From an uncultured virus (IMG/VR IMGVR_UViG_3300007346_000024) (Duplodnaviria > Heunggongvirae > Uroviricota > Caudoviricetes), in the IMG/VR virus record IMGVR_UViG_3300007346_000024: DNA of 20,000 nucleotides; one strand, 5' to 3'. The stretch's first letter is position 1. Every line of letters starts with the position of its first letter. The position numbers and the translations under genes are program-made. Below the pieces are notes generated by a model. That model searched no databases. It saw only the letters and a list, made by a program, of their open reading frames with translations, and was not told the DNA's origin. This document shows positions 15,728-20,000 of this stretch, in pieces.

Positions 15728-15770
15728 ACTAAAAGCCTTTTTTAGCCTTATCTATTATGTTATCTACATT

Positions 15771-15992
15771 CTAATTTTCAATAGAAAGGTCTTTATAACA
15801 AAGAGTGTCAACTGAAATCTTGTAGAAATCAGATAACACTTTTAATTTGTGAATATTTGGAACCGTACCTTTTTCATAATGCCTGTAAGAACTTTCGTCC
15901 TTGCTTCCTAATTTTCTTGACATCTCTTTTTGAGTTAAACCATCTCTAACTCTTAAGAAATAAAGGTTTTTATGAAAAAAGAAATGATTCAT
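15771..15992 (-). CDS. XRE-family HTH regulator
   Basis: NLYFLRVRDGLTQKEMSRKLG...YRHYEKGTVP...LSDFYKISVDTL. Confidence 0.9.
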   Translation of the reverse strand: MNHFFFHKNLYFLRVRDGLTQKEMSRKLGSKDESSYRHYEKGTVPNIHKLKVLSDFYKISVDTLCYKDLSIEN

Positions 15993-16537
15993 GATTCTAA
16001 AATTTGTCTTTCTGCTTTTAAGTCCCTGTTATCAGCATCATTTGTGTTGAACTTTTCAGGGTATCTTTTCTTTAGCTTAGCTATTATCTTAGACATGATA
16101 GCATTTAAATCTATCTCCATTTCTTGAGCCGTGTCAATAACTGCCACCTTTAGCATTTCGTAAACTTTTCTTATATCTTGGTCATACTTATCACTATTGT
16201 AGAAAACTTTCTTTTTAAAGTAGTCTTTTAACTTAGATGAAAATGACTGAATCTCGTAAGGGAACTCAGGTATTTTTGACTGCAAGTTCTCCATTGGGTA
16301 ATCCATTAGATTCTCGTAATTAGCCATATACCAAAGCATATCTCCAAGTTCTTCTGCTGCATTAACTTTATCATTTAAGTCAATAGCTTGTTCAAACTCA
16401 TCTACCTCTGTATCTATCCCGATAATACAGTGTAACATGTTTAACTTGTGTTCTAACTCGGTACTCATTTCCCCGTAAAGCTCTGAAACGCTAGACATTG
16501 TTCTAGGGGCTTGCTTTCTAAACTCTATGTAATTCAT
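15989..16537 (-). CDS. MazG-like NTP pyrophosphohydrolase
   Basis: GIDTEVDEF...EELGDMLWY and KLKKRYPEKF...NRD motifs. Confidence 0.85.
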   Translation of the reverse strand: MNYIEFRKQAPRTMSSVSELYGEMSTELEHKLNMLHCIIGIDTEVDEFEQAIDLNDKVNAAEELGDMLWYMANYENLMDYPMENLQSKIPEFPYEIQSFSSKLKDYFKKKVFYNSDKYDQDIRKVYEMLKVAVIDTAQEMEIDLNAIMSKIIAKLKKRYPEKFNTNDADNRDLKAERQILES

Positions 16538-16551
16538 ATTTTTTTTTTACG

Positions 16552-16582
16552 CAAAAAACCCCATACAAAAAGTATAGGGTTT
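16552..16582 (-). terminator. intrinsic terminator after the DUF4494-like gene
   Basis: AAAACCCcATAC-aaaaa-GTATaGGGTTTT hairpin with a T-tract on the minus strand. Confidence 0.6.
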
Positions 16583-16599
16583 TGAATATATTTTAACTT

Positions 16600-17082
16600 C
16601 TATTCCTCTTCAGATTCCTCAGACTCATCATCTAACAACTCAGCACCTTGCTCAGCTATAGTTTTATAGTCATAAACTTCTAAAACCTTAGTTTTTGAAA
16701 TAGAAACCAATTCCCAATCAGAAATAGAATCTCTTTGAAACTCTTTTAATGATTTGATGGCTGACTCTACATCAGGAGCTTGAATATAGTAGTTAAGAAC
16801 TTGCTTCTTTTCTTTTTCTGAAGATTCGTCAAAAGTAACAGTTTCAACACCCGCCTTGAACCAATAATCAGAATCGTTCTCATCAAAAATACAAGCATCC
16901 ATTGTTACACCTGAACAACCTACTACTTGGAAGTCATCTACCATTGTCATTGCCATTCTAGTAATGTTAGACTCTGCTTCTGTAAATGACTGAGCTTGTA
17001 CCATATACTCTTCATTTACTTTCTTTACTTTACCTGAAGATTCATCTTGCTTCAAGTACTTAATCTTAGTTTTGAAATACAT
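16600..17082 (-). CDS. DUF4494-like protein (Bacteroidota family)
   Basis: FKTKIKY...GKVKKVNEEYMVQAQSFTEAE...WFKA...DESSEKEKK...ISKTKVLEVY. Confidence 0.85.
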   Translation of the reverse strand: MYFKTKIKYLKQDESSGKVKKVNEEYMVQAQSFTEAESNITRMAMTMVDDFQVVGCSGVTMDACIFDENDSDYWFKAGVETVTFDESSEKEKKQVLNYYIQAPDVESAIKSLKEFQRDSISDWELVSISKTKVLEVYDYKTIAEQGAELLDDESEESEEE

Positions 17083-17103
17083 ATTATTTATTTTGGTTAA
17101 TTA

Positions 17104-17343
17104 CTAATTTACTTCGTTTCCTACAACTTCTAATAAAGCAGAGTCTATTGTGAAAATTCTTTTCCCGAATACACATACAGCCATAAGCTTATATTCGTGG
17201 TGCTTATACTTCTCACCTTCTGCATCTACACCTTCTGTTTCTTTTGTGGTTTGACTCATGAAAGATTCAATATACCCTACTCCTTCAGGGTCTCCTTCTT
17301 GCCAATACTCTTCTGATAATCTTACTTTTGTTTTTCCTTGCAT
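17104..17343 (-). CDS. hypothetical protein
   Basis: 79-aa ORF. Confidence 0.7.
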   Translation of the reverse strand: MQGKTKVRLSEEYWQEGDPEGVGYIESFMSQTTKETEGVDAEGEKYKHHEYKLMAVCVFGKRIFTIDSALLEVVGNEVN

Positions 17344-17361
17344 AATGACTAATTAAAATGT

Positions 17362-17475
17362 TTAGTAAAAAAAATACAGCATTAGAAACACAACTGTAAC
17401 AGTTATCAAGATATATGCGAAGAAAAAGATTGTGGTTAGAATCCTAAACCTAGACTTTTTGATTTTTGTTTTCAT
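17362..17475 (-). CDS. 37-aa single-pass membrane protein (not in the ORF track)
   Basis: MKTKIKKSRFRILTTIFFFAYILITVTVVFLMLYFFY*; CAACACACAAGC leader motif upstream. Confidence 0.6.
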   Translation of the reverse strand: MKTKIKKSRFRILTTIFFFAYILITVTVVFLMLYFFY

Positions 17476-17625
17476 TGATTAATCGCTTGTGTGTTGTTGA
17501 AGCTAATCGCCTATGCTAAATTAATGTTTTATATTTTATTTGCAAATTACTGTAATGATTTTTTCTTAAAAAACCTATGAGTATTTTATGTTTTTACTCA
17601 TATTTGTTGTAGTTTTTATTCCCTT

Positions 17626-17775
17626 TTACCTCTCTTGATTGAAATTAAAAACACTATCTCTTAATTCTAGTTCTGCTTTTACCTGAGTCTTAATATAATA
17701 CTCATTAGGTTCGTATCTTTTTTTAGATACCTCTTTAGAAAATTCTTCTGATTTTTTTTCGATTATCTTTTTCAT
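17626..17775 (-). CDS. 49-aa hypothetical protein (not in the ORF track)
   Basis: MKKIIEKKSEEFSKEVSKKRYEPNEYYIKTQVKAELELRDSVFNFNQER*, filling the gap after the DUF3127-like gene. Confidence 0.5.
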   Translation of the reverse strand: MKKIIEKKSEEFSKEVSKKRYEPNEYYIKTQVKAELELRDSVFNFNQER

Positions 17776-17801
17776 GTGAATTTATTTTGAATGATTAATT
17801 A

Positions 17802-18140
17802 CTAAAATGGAACGCCATCTTCTCCTGAGTTCAGTTCAAAATTATCTTCTTGAGTATTTTCTTCAATATCATGTTCAATTTTCCATGCATTCAATGTGTT
17901 GAAATACATAGTCTGACCATTTTTAGGTGAAGTCCAAGCTCTACCTTGAAGATTAAAGTGTACTATTATAGCATCACCTTCATCGAAAGGGTCTAGCTTA
18001 TCTACTCCGTTGTTAAGAAGTTGAAGCTCAATCTTCTGAGGAAATCTATCGTATGTAGTTATTACAAATAATCTCTTTTTGAAGTTAGCGTTAACCTGCT
18101 CAACATCTTTCTTTAATATTAAAACTCCTCTTACTTGCAT
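17802..18140 (-). CDS. DUF3127-like protein (putative OB-fold ssDNA-binding protein)
   Basis: FKKRLFVIT..RFPQKI...FNLQGRAW...YFNTLNAWKIE and an acidic SSB-like tail EDGVPF. Confidence 0.88.
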   Translation of the reverse strand: MQVRGVLILKKDVEQVNANFKKRLFVITTYDRFPQKIELQLLNNGVDKLDPFDEGDAIIVHFNLQGRAWTSPKNGQTMYFNTLNAWKIEHDIEENTQEDNFELNSGEDGVPF

Positions 18141-18161
18141 GTATCTTTTTCTTTAAATTAA

Positions 18162-18275
18162 TTAATAAGCTAATATCATTACTAAACAAAGTCCTGCTGT
18201 TAAAGCTCCTAAAACAAAACCTATGGTAAAGTATTTATCTAAATCCTTAAGTGTATATTTCTTCTCTGATTCCAT
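18162..18275 (-). CDS. 37-aa membrane protein (not in the ORF track)
   Basis: MESEKKYTLKDLDKYFTIGFVLGALTAGLCLVMILAY*, starting 1 nt after the upstream stop. Confidence 0.6.
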   Translation of the reverse strand: MESEKKYTLKDLDKYFTIGFVLGALTAGLCLVMILAY

Positions 18276-18276
18276 A

Positions 18277-18459
18277 CTAAAACAAAACATTTATAATTAT
18301 TGGGTATAAAATTATTAAGTATATTATAACCGCGACAACTAAACCCACTATAGAAGTAATTCTATCAATTTTAGACACTCCTAAGAAATATTGTAAAATT
18401 GTAGATGGTTTTCCTTGCATCTTTCTATTTTTTTTCAAAGTTTCTATCTTTTCAAACAT
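18277..18459 (-). CDS. small membrane protein
   Basis: C-terminal hydrophobic helix IVGLVVAVIIYLIILYPIII. Confidence 0.65.
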   Translation of the reverse strand: MFEKIETLKKNRKMQGKPSTILQYFLGVSKIDRITSIVGLVVAVIIYLIILYPIIINVLF

Positions 18460-18461
18460 AA

Positions 18462-18737
18462 TTACTTATTTTTTTTCAACAATACTATTTCATACCCTAA
18501 AAAGTCGGCAAATTCCATCAATACGGGTAACTTAGGACTTACACTATACTTCTTGTCTAAACCGCTGATATACCTAGCGTGTGAGGTCTTGTCTATTTTA
18601 GTTTTATCGTGGAAATCACTCTTTTTTATACCTCTGTTAATTAAAACTTTTGAAAGTATATAATATAACTCTTTTGCACTAGAAAAACCCCTTATTTCAC
18701 CACTATTTTCTAGACCTGTTAATTTATTTTCTTTCAT
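18462..18737 (-). CDS. XRE-like HTH regulator
   Basis: RGIKKSDFHDKTKIDKTSHARY...SPKLPVLMEFADFLGYEIVL. Confidence 0.8.
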   Translation of the reverse strand: MKENKLTGLENSGEIRGFSSAKELYYILSKVLINRGIKKSDFHDKTKIDKTSHARYISGLDKKYSVSPKLPVLMEFADFLGYEIVLLKKNK

Positions 18738-18782
18738 AAACTTGCTTTGTTTGTTTATTTTTCTTAGTTAATACCTATTTAT

Positions 18783-18950
18783 ACTTTTAAAAGTTTAAAT
18801 TCAGATTTTTTTTTCGACCAATTTTACAAAAATTAATATATACTTCTAAAGATATAAATACGAATATATACTCTTGAAGATATAAATTAAAACACTCATT
18901 TCCAGCTAGTTACAATAATATATACTTTTAAAAATATTGGTCTCAAAAGT
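18783..18950. promoter_or_regulatory. cluster of exact and degenerate box cores upstream of the HTH gene
   Basis: ACTTTTAAAAGTTTAAATT (18783), ACTTCTAAAGAT (18842), ACTCTTGAAGAT (18870), ACTTTTAAAAAT (18924), TCTCAAAAGTATATA (about 18941); one more core lies inside the gene at 18646-18657. Confidence 0.6.
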
Positions 18951-19037
18951 ATATACAATAAACCGCATAGAATGTTGTAAATGCCAAACAGGGTTTTGAG
19001 CTTTCAAAATATTCGGTTCGGAAGCTAAAAACGACCC

Positions 19038-19238
19038 CTATTTTTTCATTTTTTTTGAGCTGAAAACAAGCTCGGTTTGTGTTAAATATGCCCTACCGTT
19101 TCCTGCTGAACTTAAGCACTTACTTTCTATAAGCATAAGGTTCTCAAAATAGTCATCAAGCGGACAGGTTATCTGAGCGTATTGCTCTACTTCACCACTG
19201 AAGTTGTATATCCAAGCTTTTAAGCATATAGTCATCAT
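19038..19238 (-). CDS. hypothetical protein
   Basis: 66-aa ORF with an ATGA overlap to the upstream gene. Confidence 0.6.
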   Translation of the reverse strand: MMTICLKAWIYNFSGEVEQYAQITCPLDDYFENLMLIESKCLSSAGNGRAYLTQTELVFSSKKMKK

Positions 19239-19513
19239 AGTTTATTAATCACTTTAATGTTAATTCCCTCATGATAACTGTTACTGTCTAGAATCTTTTG
19301 AAAAGCTTTAGCAAACGCTTCTTTAGGAGTGTTGTAAATACTTGTATTAGATATATCGGTAGGTACTTCACCTAACTCGAAATCACTTGTATCACAAGTA
19401 GTTACATGATACTTAGTTGTTCTAGCAGAAATTACTCTCTTTACCTCTACAATAAAAGATTCTTGCTCTTGCTTAATCTTTGTTGCTTCTAAATCGAAAT
19501 CAATATAGCTCAT
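19235..19513 (-). CDS. hypothetical protein
   Basis: 92-aa operon-packed ORF. Confidence 0.7.
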   Translation of the reverse strand: MSYIDFDLEATKIKQEQESFIVEVKRVISARTTKYHVTTCDTSDFELGEVPTDISNTSIYNTPKEAFAKAFQKILDSNSYHEGINIKVINKL

Positions 19514-19514
19514 T

Positions 19515-19733
19515 CTACTTTCTTAATATGTATTTACCATAAACAACCTTATTTCCATACTTATCAATGCTCTCAATATCTTGAGTAATGATATTCATAC
19601 CTTTATCTCTAAGGTTAAATATAATAGCACTTAATCTAGTTGCTTCGTACTTGTTTATCGCTTCTAAAGAAGTGATTGAACCTTTTGTCTCTAAGTGAGA
19701 TTTTACTAATTGAGTTTTCGTTACTCTTCCCAT
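19515..19733 (-). CDS. phage winged-HTH protein (HTH_39-like)
   Basis: HLETKGSITSLEAINKYEATRLSAIIFNLRDKGMNI. Confidence 0.85.
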   Translation of the reverse strand: MGRVTKTQLVKSHLETKGSITSLEAINKYEATRLSAIIFNLRDKGMNIITQDIESIDKYGNKVVYGKYILRK

Positions 19734-19753
19734 TTTCAGTGAATTATGATTGT

Positions 19754-19951
19754 TTATAAATTTCCTTTTGCTAGTTCCATTACTTTTAAAGCTGAAGCTC
19801 TAGTTAAACCACAATGCTTCATTAATACAACTTTAAAAACATGTTCTTCGATTAAACCTGATGAAAGCTTTAATTCAGCTAACTCTACGAAAGTTTTAAG
19901 AACGCTTGCTTCCTTTAGTCTTTCTAATGTAATACTTCCCATAACTTGCAT
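19754..19951 (-). CDS. hypothetical protein
   Basis: 65-aa ORF. Confidence 0.6.
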   Translation of the reverse strand: MQVMGSITLERLKEASVLKTFVELAELKLSSGLIEEHVFKVVLMKHCGLTRASALKVMELAKGNL

Positions 19952-20000
19952 TATTAACGTGTTGATATTTCAAAGTTACACTTTTGTAAATAACCTCCAA

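Noticed and set aside
3109..18663. Plus-strand ORF-track calls at 3109, 4242, 6343, 6642, 9032, 9952, 10756, 12158, 12940, 13392, 13956, 15369, 15570 and 18415
   Set aside because: Antisense shadows of better-supported minus-strand genes, with S/F/L/I-rich composition and no recognisable motifs.
19738..19747. AGTGAATTAT, reverse complement of the sRNA-2 loop end (ATAATTCACT)
   Set aside because: It has the same sense as the mRNA, so it cannot pair with it, and a 10-nt AT-rich match is compatible with chance.
1..20000. tRNA/rRNA genes and alternative genetic code
   Set aside because: No cloverleaf or rRNA-like segments were seen, and genes tile densely under the standard code with TAA, TAG and TGA all used as stops.

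Overview
AT-rich, gene-dense segment of a large dsDNA phage, most likely infecting Bacteroidota (TAnnTTTG-type promoters, no Shine-Dalgarno sites, DUF4494- and DUF3127-like genes). Almost all genes are on the minus strand. The left part (1-5500) holds a MoxR-type AAA+ ATPase missed by the ORF track, an ART-PolyVal-like protein and probable virion or internal proteins. The right part (5700-20000) is an early/replication module: Psd-like protein, putative SSAP, acyl carrier protein, Cas4-like nuclease, replication-initiator-like wHTH protein, a minimal PolB-like protein, HNH, MazG-like protein and several HTH regulators. The main unexplained structure is non-coding. (1) Two plus-strand units (about 5591-5698 and 6190-6283) share one layout: promoter-like element, 8-9 bp stem with a 26-nt loop, then an AGCCC terminator. 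Their loops are antisense to start-codon regions of distant phage genes: one is a 20/20 match to the leader of the DUF4494 gene, the other matches an ACACAAGCT-ATG leader motif at about 6 genes. (2) A 26-bp palindrome-cored box occurs in 33-bp-period triplets abutting three start codons and recurs elsewhere. (3) An integron-cassette-like (attC-like) element sits at 7377-7712. All protein assignments come from motif recognition by eye, not database searches.
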